From Raillietiella orientalis (Eukaryota): a stretch of 64,000 nucleotides of DNA. Numbering within the stretch: the first letter of the stretch is position 1; every line of letters starts with the position of its first letter. A program made the position numbers and the translations under genes. Below are positions 25,160 to 38,414 of the stretch, in pieces. The DNA lies in NCBI GenBank assembly GCA_036172245.1, contig JAYWIR010000053.1, positions 124,001 to 188,000 of the forward strand, written 5' to 3'. Under the pieces are notes generated by a model. It was given only the letters and a program-made list of their open reading frames with translations, did no database searches and was not told the DNA's origin.

Positions 25160-28100
25160 CCACCCGGGTACGCCCAAGGCGTTTATTAATAAAAAACTCT
25201 ACAATTGCGGTACCAGGCCCCGCTCACGGCCTTATGCACAAGACCTACCGGGACGCCAAGACGCAGCTTGGCGTGGCACTACCCGGCAGCGAAAGAGGAT
25301 GGGGAAGAAACAAAAGTAAAATTAAAAACGCAAACACACAAAAGAGGTTGGAGGGCAGAGAAGGGATCACTGTTCGCTGAGAAGAGGGCCCATCCTTCGA
25401 AGAAAGCCCTCGACGTCTCTCCGCATATCTCCCAGCTGATGCTATCCGGCAGCTTTCCAAAAGAAGCGTTGGGCATACGGGATGACATCCCTCGCCTGTG
25501 GACCCACTCCTTCGTTGTTGGCGTCGCTCCATGCCGCCACGATGCCACGGACGCAGCACAAGGCTGCGATGGCTGCGGCTGGCTGCAGTGCGTCCTTCAG
25601 GAAGAGGGACCGAAGAACGTCTCTAAGAGTGCTGCCCGTAGGGAGCCCGAGGGTCGTCCCGAACCGTTCCCAAAGAATTCGGAGGGCAGCACAATCCACA
25701 ATAAGGTGGGGAAGCGACTCGCGCACCCCGCACCTGGCACACGCAGGATCCACAGCTTTCATCGTCCAGTGGAAGCGGCGCGCGTTGTAGGGTAGACCCC
25801 AGTGCAACAAAAACAACGCCGACTCTTGCCACTTGAGGGGCAGGATCCTGGATTCCTTCATCACCGGGGGCCACTTCAGCTCATCCCTGAAGATGGCGAG
25901 CAGCTCGCCCCATCTTAATAATCCTCGCGGCTGGTCGCTCGGGTTCGTAACGTCAGCCAGTTCTCCTGTTGTCCAGCCGCTGATTTACTTTTAACGTCCC
26001 TCGATGCAGCAGGAGACTTGCCACCTTGGAGTCCGACTGCTGTGAAGCGCCCTCCTCAGGAAGGGCAGCGCCGTAGCCAGGCAGGTTTTCTCTACCCACG
26101 TGCTTCTAGCTGGATTCTCCAGGAGATTCCTCAGAGTGCAGCGGGCGTAGGGGATGCATCGGAGACGATTCCACGTTACGTGGATTCTCTGGTTCACCAT
26201 TGCCCACTTTCCGAGGTTCTCCTCCAGTCAGGCATAGGAGTTGGCAGAACAGCAAACCATCCAGCTGTTCTCCATGGCCAACGATGCCATGCGTCGGAGC
26301 TGTAGGCCGCATCTTCTGATCTTCCGGCCGATGCACAGAAGAAAAGACGCGAGTCCCTCGCACCCGGACACACGACTGGCAAGGACGCGAGCCGGAATGC
26401 ACCACGGGGTGCTCCACATCTTTGCTGCGATGGCGAGAGTACGCCATCGCATCAGTTTCTCCACGCGCTCCAGCGTCAGAAGGTTAAGTCAGCACTCCCG
26501 ACGAGGAGCGCAAAGGTCCTTCAAAGGGACTCGGGGCCTCTCCTCGCCCCAAAGGGCGATGCGGAGGAGGTCCATTGTCCTCTTTTTCACAACTCCTGCA
26601 GCGGCACAAACAAAAAGCAATGGGCGGAGGATGGGGGACGAAAGGGCGTTCCAAACCGCAGCCCGTTCCGGCAAGTGAAACTTGCCTTCCAGGAACGAGC
26701 GGATCGCCGTCTCGACTTTTTGGAGGCAGCTGGACCACGCTGCCGCAGAGGACAAGTGACCCAACGGAACACCAAGGTACTTGAAGCACCTCGCCGTGGG
26801 AAAGTCCAAACGGTCCTAGTTCTGTTGCCCTGCCTGCGCCGCACCAACTGGCACTATCGACGACTTCGCCCTGTTCACCTGCAGTCCGGTCCCGCGGCTG
26901 AGCAGATCGAAGAAGTCTCCGACCGCCTTTGCCGGGGTGGACATTGGCAACAAGGGCAGAAGATCGTCGGCGTACGCTGCTACGGCGGGCGTGCCGGAGC
27001 ATGAGCTCGGCAAGGGGGCCAATGTCACCCTGTACGCTCTCAGCACCAACTCAAAGTAGGTGCTGAAGAGCAGGGGGCCGAGGCTATCTCCCTGCCGTAT
27101 GCCCCGCCGCCCCGCCACGTCATACACCTTGTGACCACTAAAAGAGACGGTAATCATCGCATTCCGACAGCAAGAGCGCAGGTAGGAAATCAGGGAGGGT
27201 GAGAATCCCATGCAACCCAGAGGCTCCAAGAGGAGTTCCTGGTGTACACAGTAGAATGCCTTGTGGAGATCGAATGCGAGCGCTAGGGCCCAATTCCCCG
27301 CCTATGGGTCCCTTCTTATTCCGGCTGGCGGCCAAAATGTGAGGTTGACGACTTTCCCTATCCCATTCTTGTCTCTTCTCAGCAGGTGCTCCCATGTGCT
27401 TGCAAAGAAGAGGTTGGCATCCATACTTCGTCCGGGAACAGCATAAGTCTGCTCCGGGCTAATAACGGATTCTGCTACCTGCCCAAGACGCGAAGCCCAT
27501 AGCCCTGCTATCAACTTGGCGTCCGTATTCACGATTATGATCGGACGCCAGTTCTTTAAATCCCTGAGGTCTCGCGCTTTCGGTAGGAGCCTTACTTTGG
27601 CTGACCGAAACGAGGCGGGAACATCGCCTTCTTCTCGGTTTCGCCTGATTAACTTAAGCAAGAGGGACGCCAGCTCTTCCGCGGAGCTGTGAAAGCACTC
27701 GGCGGGCAAGTCTTCTTCCCCTGGAGCTTTACGCATCTTGAGAATTTTGATACCGGCGAGAATTTCACGGGTGGTAGAAGGCTCGTCGAGGCTTTCCATC
27801 TCCTGCTCCCCTATTGCCGGGGCTCCATCCGGAAGCAACCGTCGAGAGGCGTCTCGATCCGGGGGCTCCCTGGCGTGAAGAAAGGAATAACAACTCCGCA
27901 CGAGATGCCGTATCGACGCGGAAGACGAACATTCCCGGCCCTGGTCGTCCAGCAAGCTGGCCGATCCGGATTGCCAGGCATGGCGTTCGACGCTGGCGCG
28001 GTACTCTTCCAGGCGACGCACATTAAAGGTCCTCTCGTACCTACGAGCCTGCAAATATGCCCGATGGTTACAATTACCCTCGCCGAATTCAGGGGGCAGG

Positions 28101-28177
28101 CGGTCAAGAGGAAACTGCTCGCGAAACTCCCGGACGAAGGCATTGAGAAGGACCCAATCGGAGAGACTCTGAAGCGT
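25160..28177 (-). mobile_element. LINE family A copy A2, 3' piece (linker, RT, zinc finger, 3' UTR)
   Basis: WRPIIIVNTD, RQGDSLGP, AYADD and CARCGVRESLPHLIVDC, with a hairpin terminus at 25161-25187. Confidence 0.88.
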
Positions 28178-31100
28178 CGAGCGGACGTGTCTTTTCGCTG
28201 CTCCTGAGTTTCATTTCCGTTGGTGCTTGTGTGTGGTGTGGGTGGAAAATTAGGCAGCTACGGAACTAATTTGGGGAAACACGCTAAAGGTCGTTAGGCA
28301 GCAATGCTTGATACCACCACCGGTGGGGATCCAGGGGCGATGATCTCATTCCCCCGGAGGACATAAAGGTGGAAGCTCCCGCATCAGTGGAGGCTCCCGC
28401 CAGCACGGATGCGCCCTTGGCCCTACCCAGGGCTTGGAACGCCGTGGCTGCGGCACCTACGCCAGCAACTATGGCGGCAATGCGCGCTTACCTGGAGGAG
28501 GGGTATAACCCACCCCTTCTATATAAAGTAGGCGGTCTATATTCTCCCGAGTACGCGCTCGCCTTCTCGCAGGCGAAGCGCGTTCTCGGTGTACAAAAAG
28601 AGGAGCTTCTAGCTATGTCCGTCAGAAGCGAAGGTCAGTTTGTGGAAGTTATCTGCAAGGAGGCAACTCTTGCGCAGAGACTTCTGGGAACCCCCGTAAT
28701 TATGGGCAGCCGGTGGCTTCTCCCAATTACTAAAGACCGGTCGGTGACCGGTATCACGTTCCGGATGAGGAAGGAGGCCGTCCGGAACGAATTAGAAAAA
28801 TTTGCAACTTTCCACGCGCTGTGGGGTAAGTCTACTCCTTTTGTTGATTACGACGGGGTGCATGGCGGCCTGGGTGCAGCGCGAGTGACGGTTCGCGAAG
28901 GATGTGAGTTTCCCCACAAACTCACCGTCAACGGTGAATCCGTTGACGTGTGGTACGTGGGGAAACCCAAGTTTTGCGGCTGCTGCACAGCTTTGGCCAC
29001 CTTAACATGAGGTGTCCGAACGTGCAGTGCCAGCAATGCAAACAAGCTGGGCACACCCTTCTGGTATGCCCCCAAAACACAGTCCGCGTCGTGTCCGCAA
29101 AACACGCGAGAAAGCGCGCGGCTAAAAAAAGGAAGAAGCTGGCAGCTCGTGCTGCTGCTAAGGGAGTCACCTCCGTCACCAAGGCGAAGGCCAGCCCCGA
29201 GACTTCGGCGAAAAACGCCGCAAAGTTCGAGGGCGAGGGTCAAGAGCCAGGGTGGCAGAAGGTCGACCTCAAGAAAAACTCCTCTAAGTACGGAAAGTAC
29301 CTGGCAAAACGGAGAGAAACCGCTCTGCGCCGCAAAAACACCAAAAGCTGCTACGTCGTCGTAGAGCGGATTCCCGCCATCGACGAATGCGGCGCTAAGG
29401 AACTCGCTGCTGCCTCTGCTCAACCCTTTGTTGACAAAGTCAACAAGGAGGGGAGCGAGTCGGCAGCGTCCGTCATCGCGCCCACGCTCGATGACGTCTC
29501 CTTCGAGCGCGCCGAGGAGGAACTGGCTGCCTCGTTGCAGCCGGCCGCCCCCAAGGCTGGCAAGAAGTCCGTCAGGCGTCCGGCTTCCCCTCAGGAGTCG
29601 GCCACTCGCGACCTCTAGGTGAAGCCCGGAAAACAGCATCCATCTCCTCGGCATCCCGCAAAAAGGCAGGACGAAAGTCCACAATGCCCCGGAAGATCGT
29701 CTCCCCCGACGAAGAAGAAGAGATGGCTTCCGGCTGCGAGGGTGCGATGAGCGTGGGAAACTTCCGTTACCCATCGCCCGAGAGAAACCCACGCTCCGGC
29801 ACGGAGGAGATGGAAGGGGTGGAGGTCGAACAGGTGCCGTTGTTACCTGAAGAGGCCTCCGTCCCCATATACATCCCGAACACCTGCCCCGCGGCAGGTA
29901 GTGCAGCGCCACCTCCCCAGCAATAAAGCCGGGATTCGCCTCCAGTCGTCGTCTGCTGATCGCCTGCTGGAACGTCAACGGGCTAAGCAACGACGGCACG
30001 AGGCGTGACTTGCGTCACCCTGGCATCTTTCGACCTGGTGCTGCTGCTGGAGATCCACGTGATCTCCGCAGATCAAGCCCGGGAGATCGAACGGATCTCG
30101 GGTGGTCGGCTGCTGTGGCGCTGCGGTACCGCGAAATCTAGCGGTGTCGCCTTCCTGCTCCGACTAGCCATCGAGGCCGCAATAAAGGACGTACGGTTTG
30201 CTGACGCCGGTCGCGTCGCTCAGCTGACTCTCAGCTGATCCGACTTAATCGACCTGGTCTTCACCAACCTCTACGCTCCTAGCGGTAAGGACGCGTTGAG
30301 GACGAAGGCAAGAAGAGAATTCTACCTTGCCCTCGGACGCGATTGGCTGATCGAAGCAAGTGTTCGCAAAGCGCACCTGATCGCAGGTGACTTCAACCTG
30401 CGCCTGCTTTCAGGTGCGCCCCATACACTGAATGAACGCGTCAACGAGTAGTCCGCGCAAATGCACACGTGCAACTTGCTGGCCGGAGATACGGACATGA
30501 AACGAAGCATCGATCACGTGTACCTTGACCAGCACCTATGCTCTCGCGTGGGCAGGCGCGGCAAGTTACCGTTCGAGCTGTCGGACCATGGCCGAATCGT
30601 GTTCGAAGTGCATCCGCGCGACAAGGTCCCCCCCTCGTCAGCGTGGCGTCTGCCAGGGGACTGGCAGAAGTTCCCGGACGCGGCGGAACATCTCCGCGCG
30701 TTCATACGGAACTTCAGGATGCGGACGCTTCAGGACTGGGACCGCTTCAAGCGGTCGGTCCAGGAGTTCTGCGACCGGTTCCCTTTGCATCGCCTACCTG
30801 CGGGATTTAAGGAGGGGCCGCGTAACGAAAGGTACTATCTTCAGGACCGACGTTACGCGAGAGCCCTCGACATGCGCAGGTTAGCAGAGTATCGAGCGGG
30901 AGCCGAGAGGCAAGCCTGGCAATTTAAGTCGGCTAGCTTGCCAGACGACCAGGGCCGGGAGCACTCAACTCCTGCTCAAAAGCGCGGGATTGTTAAGAAA
31001 TTTTACTCCTCCCTGTACGCCAGCGCGCCTCCGGAGCGAGATGTCTCACGACTTCTGCTTCCGGAAGGTGCTCCAGCGATCGGAGAGGAGGAGAAAAGAA

Positions 31101-33250
31101 GCCTCGACGAGCCTTTCACGATGGACGAGATCCTCTCCTCCATCGGTAAGCTCAAGAGACGGAAGTCTCCATGGGAGGACGGCCTGCTCGCGGAGTTTTA
31201 CCAAACATTCGCGACAGAGGTTACCCCTCTGGTACATCAGCTCACCTTGCTGATTCGCGAGACAGGTGACGTTCCACCTCGTTTCGTTCAGCGAAGGTGC
31301 GGCTCCTCCCGAAGGGAGGAGACCTTAGGAGCATGAACAGCTGGCGTCTCATCACAATAGTGAATGAGGACGCCAAGTTGATAGCCAAGATGTGGGCAGA
31401 GGGTCTATTACGGGTTGCTAACATCTTCATCAGCCCGAAACAGACTTATGCTGTTCCCGGGCGGAGCATAGAGGCGAATCTGTTCCATGCTTCAACATGG
31501 TTAGAGCACAAATAGGAAGGGGCTTATTGAGCAGCCGGAATTCCGGTGCGTCCGTTGGCGGGAGACGGAAAGGTCGGGTGGGGAAGGGAGCCCTTGGGGC
31601 GCGGTCGACTTGCGTGAAGCATTCGACAGCGTCGACCAGAATCTCCTGCTGGAGCTTCTGGAACGCTTGGGCTTCCCGGCCTTTTTGATGGCCTACCTGC
31701 GCTCCAGCTGGCGTAACGCGCCAATTAATGTTCTTTTCAGGGGGCAAACCGTGCACGGAGTACCGGTGCGACGCGGCATACGGCAGGAAGACAGCCTGAG
31801 CCCCCTGCTCTTTATCGCCTTTTTCGAATTGGTGCTAAGAGCGTACAGGGAGACTGTAACGCACCTGCCCCGCGACTGTCCCGGTACGCCTGCGGTTTCG
31901 GCATACGCGGACGATCTTCTGCTACTGCTCCCTATGTCCACCCCGGCTTCGGCGGTCGAGGAGTTCTTCGACCTGCTGCATCGGAGAACCGGACTTATGG
32001 TGAACAGGACGAAGTCGTCCGTAATGCCAGTCGGAGCGGCGTGGGCAGGGCAGCACGACTGGTTCCGTTTGGGGATCCCCACGGTGAGGTACATCAAGTA
32101 CCTTGGTGTGCCGTTGGGGGAATGCTCCCCTGCGAAAGCGTGGTCCGGCTGCCTTCAGAAGCCTCAGGCGGCGATCGGCCGGTTCCAGGATGGGAGGTTC
32201 TACCTGCAGGAACGGGCCGCTGCGTGGAACGCGTTTGCGGCACCCCTCCTTCGCCCCTTGCTTTTTGTTTGCCCCCACCCAGCTGAGTCTAAGAAAAGAA
32301 CGAATGACCTCCTGTGGATAGCCCTTTGGGGCAGAGGGAGGCCTTGAGTCCGTCTCGTGGACTTGTGCGCTTCGCGTCGGGACGGCGGTCTTGGCCTCCT
32401 GACCTGGAGCGACTGTAGCTTCAGCTCCAGTTCCGGAGTGTTTCCTTTATGGCAAAAAATTGGTGCAACGCCTGGTGCCTCCCTGCACGTCTCCTCGTCG
32501 AGCGGGCCACCGGCAATGCGGGACTGTCGTCCTACTTTGCGCACCGAAGCCCCATCTGCCACTGCGGACTTCAGCTTCGAAGGGCGGCCAAGCTCGTGAA
32601 GACCAACTCGGAGCGGACCCTCGTACGCCCCGCGAACGGTCCTGCCTGGTTGCAGGAAACCGTCCGCACGTGGCCGATGACTCATGAGCAGAGCCCGCAA
32701 CACGAGCGAATAGCTCTGTTGGGGCCTCACGCACACCGCACGCTCCGAGAAGTCTTCGAGGATCCCCGGAGGAGAGCGTGGGCTTAAAGAACCTCACTTG
32801 CTGCGGTACTGCCTACCCTACGGAAACATCTGGGCAGCAACGTCGCGGCACAATGGGAGGTTACTGTGAAGATCGCCAGCAGGGCAATGAAGATCGGAGA
32901 CTGGAGAACGGGTCAGCTCACCAACGCTGCGACCCCGAGGGCCACTGCACACGGACTCTTGCGCTGGGGAGAGCTACTGGATGTTCCGGAGGAACATCTA
33001 GAGTGGCTCCCGGTGCTCATGGACTCGCGCACCCTCTACATAAAGTGGCAACAGTCGGCACTCCTGGTGTTGCATTGGGGCCTCCCCTGCAACGCCCGCC
33101 GACACCACTGGATGCGTGGGGGTGTCAACCCCAATTGTGTCAGGTGCGGGGAGAGGGAATACCTCCCCCACCTGCTAGTGGAATGTGTTGCCCTCCGTCC
33201 CTTGTGGGAACGCTTTGCCGCAGCCCTGGGTATACCCGGAGGCAACGTAA
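28178..33250 (+). mobile_element. LINE B-related copy B2, nearly full length, 3' end deleted
   Basis: 5' motif GGACGTGTC..GCTCC, frameshifted ORF1 about 28300-29926, and ORF2 with SAYADD and CVRCGE..H..C. Confidence 0.87.
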
Positions 33251-34523
33251 CGTAGAATGGGCTCGTCCACGCGAGTATTCATAGCGTCCGTATCAGATGT
33301 TAGCTGAACATTGCCGCGGGCGGCCTCGGCAGGAACGGCTAAGCGTTCCAGTGCTACCGAGCATTCGCGGAGTTGTTTTTTTGTAAGCAGCGCGGCATTT
33401 TTCTTTTTGCCGGCAGTTTTCTTCCCCGACTTTTCTTCTGCGATCACTTTCTTTTTTTTTTCTTTTCAGGCCTGAACCAGCTGCCAATTCTCCTCCATTT
33501 CCGAGTTCACGAGAGCTCTTTCCTCCGATGCCTGTACGGGAGGTAGGAAGGGTGGCAGTTGGGAACGGCCATTTTCGCGAGCTGGTCCTTCTACCAGCTT
33601 TCCACGTTTTTCCTGCGCCTTTTTGGCGGCAGAGGGCACCGGGGTGGGGCGCTTGGGGCACACGCGCCGAACGTGACCCTTTTCCCCGCATAGGTGGCCC
33701 ACAATGTGCGAGCACCTTTTTCTTTGATGCCCTACTGCATTGCAGTAGCCACAAAATTGGCGTTTTCCCACGTACCAGTGGTCCACCGCTTCTTGGAAGA
33801 CCTCCAGCTAGTGGGGAAGCGCACCACCCTCTTTTACGGTGATACACCCCGAAGCTTGACCTCCGAAAACGCTATTGTAGCCTTGGAAAATCGTGGACTT
33901 CGGCCACAACGCGTGCACTTCTGCGTGCTTTTGCAACTGTTCGCAAACCGCTGACCTAGTCATGCGACTGGAGATCCCAGTGAGATCGACCACCACCGAG
34001 CGGTCCATCGTCACCGGCAAGATATTCCGACCATCAACTATCAGTGGTTCGGTGATCAGGTGTCGGGGAAAGATGATATCGTTGCATACCACCTCGACCC
34101 GCTGCCCGCCTCTGAGGTCGCAGAGACCGTCCAGAACTTTTTCGAAGATATTGGCGTTCTGCAGCGCTTTCGTAAAGGCGCGCGCGGTTCGCCCATCGAA
34201 AAGGTTGCCTACATTGTAGAGTAGCGAGGGTTTATACCCCGCGTTCTTGTAGTCTTCCATCTCGGCCATGGCATCCACGCTAGGCGCGGCCACCATGGCG
34301 ATATATGACCTCGGCTTCGCTGGGGACGATTCCGGGGCGGATGCCTCTGATACAGTAGGTTGTGGGGACGAACAAGCATCCATCACGCCTACTTCCATCG
34401 CGCTGTCCTCTGGCAACGCTGCCATCGGACTCCGACGATGTGCACTCACAAATCACTCCAGAAAAAACCACTCGCCTTGCCACGCAGGCGTTGCGCATAA
34501 AAAGCACGTCCTCTCTTTTCAGC
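33251..34523 (-). mobile_element. LINE family A copy A2, 5' piece (5' UTR + ORF1)
   Basis: MAALPEDSAMEV..., WYVGKRQFCGYC..H. The flanking 15-bp repeat at 34524-34538 pairs with 25145-25159. Confidence 0.82.
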
Positions 34524-34538
34524 GGGGATTCGGCGTTG

Positions 34539-36644
34539 CCACCCGGGTACGCCCGAGGCATTAATTCGTAAAAAACACTACAATTGCGGTATTGGGCCCC
34601 GCCTCACGGCCTTATGCACGGGATCTACCGGGACGCCGGGACGCAGCCCGGCGTGGCACTCCCCGACAGCGAAGGGGGATGGGGATAAGACAAAAAGTTA
34701 AATAAAAAGAAACAAACAAAAAGAAGTTGGAGGGCAGGGAAGGGATCACTGTTCGCTGTGGAGAGGGCCCATTTGTCGAACGAAGCCCTCGAGGTCAGTC
34801 TGCATATTCCACAGTTGGGGCCATCCGGCAGCTCTTCGCAAGAAGCGTTGGGCATATGGGATGACATCCCTCGCGTGTTGACCCACTCCTTCCTTGTTGG
34901 TGTCGCTCCATGCCGCCACGATGCCTCGGACGCAGCACAAGGCTGCAAGGGCTGCGGCTGTCTGCAGGGCGTCCTTCACGAAGAGGGGCCGAAGAACGTC
35001 TCTAGGGGAACTGCCCGTTGGGAGACCGAGGATCGTCCCAAACAGTTTCCAAAGGGGACGAAGGCAAGCACAGTCCACAATGAGGTGGGAGAGCGATTCC
35101 CGCTCTCCGCACCTGACACACGCAGGATCCAGAACTCCTCTTGTCCAGTGAGAGCGGCGTGCGTTGCCGGGTAAACCCCAATGCAACAACAACAACGGCG
35201 ACTCTTTCCACTTAAGGGGCAGGATCCTGGATTCCTGAAGAAGCGGGGGCCACTTCAGCACAACCATAGGGATGGCCAGCAGCTCGCCCCATCTTCTTAG
35301 TCCTCGCGGCTGGACGCTCGGAGTCGTGGCGTCTGCCAGCTCTCCTGTTGTCCAGCCGCTGATCAACTTTTCGCGTCCCTCGATGCAGCAGGAGACTTGC
35401 CACCTTGGCGTCCGGGTGCTGTGAAGTGCCCTCCTTAGGAAGGGCAGCGCCGTAGCTAGGCAGGTCGTCTCTGTCCACGTGCATCTTGCTGGATTCTCCA
35501 GGAGATTCCGCAGCGTGCAGCGGGCGTAGGGGCTGCATCGGAGACGATTCTACGTCTCCTGGCTTCTCTGGTTAACTACTGCCCACGTTCCAATATTCTC
35601 CTCCAGCCAGGCGGGGGAGTTGGCGGGGCAGGAAACCATCCAGCTGTTCTCTTTGGCCAATGTTGCCATGCGCCCGAGCAGTAGGCCACATCTTCGCATC
35701 TTCCGGCCACGGCTGAGAAGAAAAGACGCGAGTCCATCGCACCGGGACACACGGCTGGCCAGGAGGCGGGCCGGAGTGCACCAAGGGGTGCTCCATATCT
35801 TCGCTGCGATGGCGAGGGTTCGCCACCGCAGCTGCTTCTCCACGCGCTCCAGCATCAGGAGGCCAAGACCGCCGTCCCGACGCGGAGCGCACAAGTCCTT
35901 CAGGTGGACTCGGGGCCTCCCCTTGCCCCAAAGGGCGATACGGAGGAAGTCCTTCATCCTCTTCTTGGATTCCATGGTGGGGGGGCAAACAAAAAGCAAG
36001 GGGCGGAGGATGGGGGCCGCGAAGGCGTTCCAAACCGCGATCCGTTCCGGCAAGTGAAACTTGCCTTCCAGGAACGGGCCGATCGCCGTCTCGACTTTTT
36101 GGAGGCAGCTGGACCACGCTTCCGCAGGGGAGTAGTCCCCCAGTGGCACACCAAGGTACTAGAAGCACCTCGCCGTGGGGATCCCCAGACGTTCCCAGTC
36201 CTGCTGCCCTGCCCACGCCGCACCTATTGGCACAACCGACGACTTTGCCCTGTTAACCTGCAGTCCGGTCCCGCTGCTGAGCAGATCGAAGAAGTCTCCG
36301 ACCGCCTTTGCCGGAGTGGACATTGGCAACAAAAGCAGAAGATCGCCAACGTATGCTGCTACGGAGGGCGTGCCGGGGCACGAGCTCGGCAATGGGGCCA
36401 AAGTCACCCTGTACGCTCTCAGCACCAACTCAAAGTAGGTGCTGAAGAGCAGGGGGCTGAGGCTATCTCCCTGCCCTATGCCCCGCTGCACCGGCACGCC
36501 ATACACCTTTTGACCGCTGAAAGAGACGGTAATTATCGCATTCCGCCAGCAAGAGCGCAAGTAGGAAATCAGGGAGGGTGGAAAGCCCATGCGACCCAGG
36601 AGCTCCAAGAGAAGTTCCTGGTCTACACAGTCCAACGCCTTGTG
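34539..36644 (-). mobile_element. LINE family A copy A1, 3' piece (RT from HKALDC to 3' end)
   Basis: HKALDCVDQ, GQGDSLSP, mutated YVGD, zinc finger and hairpin terminus. Confidence 0.88.
36631..36644 (+). repeat. Left TSD of element B (TCCAACGCCTTGTG)
   Basis: Matches TCGAACGCCTTGTG at 42213-42226 at 13 of 14 positions. Confidence 0.9.
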
Positions 36645-36655
36645 CGCTCTAGGGT

Positions 36656-36677
36656 GGACGTGTTTTCTCGGTGCTCC
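36656..36677 (+). promoter_or_regulatory. Conserved 5' motif GGACGTG...GCTCC, candidate internal promoter (representative copy)
   Basis: Recurs near the 5' end of nine copies. Promoter function is inferred. Confidence 0.55.
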
Positions 36678-36739
36678 TCGTACCAGGAAGTCTCCCTTTG
36701 TGCAAGCGTCGTGTATTTCGGTGGTCGATAAGGCAGCGA

Positions 36740-38400
36740 TGCGTGACGCGACCACCAGGGATGGCCAGGGGGCAGCGGCAACGCCGCCCCCAGAAACGAT
36801 GGAGAGCCAGCGGGCGGCGGCAACGTCGCCCCCAGAGGCGATGGAGGTGGGGGCATCCGCCCCCACAGAATCGGTCTCCGGTGCAGCGCTGGCGTGGAGC
36901 GCCGTTGTGTCGGCGCCATCGCCTGCAGCCCCGGCGGAATATTCGGCCTATGTAGAGGAGGGCTACAACCCCTCATTGTTCTACAAGGTAGGCAATTTAT
37001 ATTCTTTAGAGAGCGCGCGCGCCTTCTCGAAGGGCATGCGCGCTCTCGATGTGAAAGAGGAGGAGCTCAGCGCTATGACCATCCGCAGCGGGGGTCAGTA
37101 CGTTGAGGTCATCTGCAAACATGCAGAGCTGGCCCAACGACTGCTTAAAACCCCCGTTGTGATGGGGACGCGCAGGCTTCTCCCCACTACGGCGGACCGC
37201 AGCATGGCGGTCCACCTGTTAGGCGTGACCGCGCGAATGCGCAAAGAACAGGTTCGCGCTGCTTTGGAACAGTTTGGAACGGTCCACGCGCAGTGGACGA
37301 AAGTTAGTCCTTTCGAGGACTACACAAGGCTGCAACACGGCCTCACTGCTGCGCGCGTGACTGTTCGGGAGGGCTGCACTCTTCCCCACAAACTGGTGGT
37401 CGAAGGCGAAACCGTCGACCTCTGGTATGTGGGGAAGCCGAAATACTGTGGCTTCTGCAATACGTCGGGCCACCTCAAAAAGAGGTGTCCCAATGTGCAG
37501 TGCCAAGTATGCGGCACAATGGGCCACACGAGGGAGGTGTGCCCAAAAGCAGCAGTGCGGGTGGTTTCCAAGAGAAACCTTAAAAAACGCGCCCGGCTTC
37601 TGCAGAAAAGACTGGCGGCGAAAGCTGCCGCGAAGGCTGTGCCACCCGCCCCCAAGACCCAGGCCGCACCCGAGACCCCGGCGACCAACGCCGAAAAAGT
37701 TGAGTGAGCCGGCCAGCAGACTGAGTGGCAAGTGGCAACAGCCAAAAAATCAAAGAAGGAGAGGAGGATGGGAAAGAAAATCGCCTACCAACAGAAGAAG
37801 TAAGAGCAGGGTAGCGCGATAATTAAAGAGTGCAGGGTCGTTGTCGAACGCGTTCTCGATGTTGCCGAACGCTGCCGGAAAGAAATCGCCGCTACCGACG
37901 ACCTCCCCTCTGTTGACACAGTCAACAGCGAGGGGAGCGAGCCGGCGGCGTCGTCCCTCATCGACACCACCATCGATGACGTAGCCTTCGCGCGAGCCGC
38001 GGAGGAGCTGGCAGCCTCGTTGCAGCCAGAACCCTCCAAGGCTGGCAAGAAGGCCGTAAGGCGTCCGGCCTCCCCTCAGGAGTCCCCCACTTCCGACCCC
38101 GAGGTGGAGGCCGGAAGCGCAGCCTCCGTTTCTACGGCACCGCGCAAGAAGGCTGGACGTAAGTCCACAAAGCCAAGGAAGCTCGTCTCCCCCGTCGAAG
38201 GGGAAGAGATGGCTTCCGCAAGCGAGGGTGCCATGAGCGTGGGAAACTCTCGGGACCCGTCGCCCGAGAGACTCCCACGCACGGACACGGAGGGGATGGA
38301 GGAGGTGGAGGCCGAACAGGTGCCTCAGGTGCCTGAGAAGGCCGAAACCCCCATGGACATCCCGCCCCCCTCGCAAGAGGAGGGCTCCCCCACACCTTAA
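36740..38400 (+). pseudogene. B ORF1 (zinc-knuckle protein), internal stops
   Basis: CGFCNTSGHLKKRC and CQVCGTMGHTREVC, with a 42-bp tandem duplication (AATPPPE.ME) at about 36772-36846. Confidence 0.85.
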
Positions 38401-38414
38401 TCTTCCCAGCAGTA

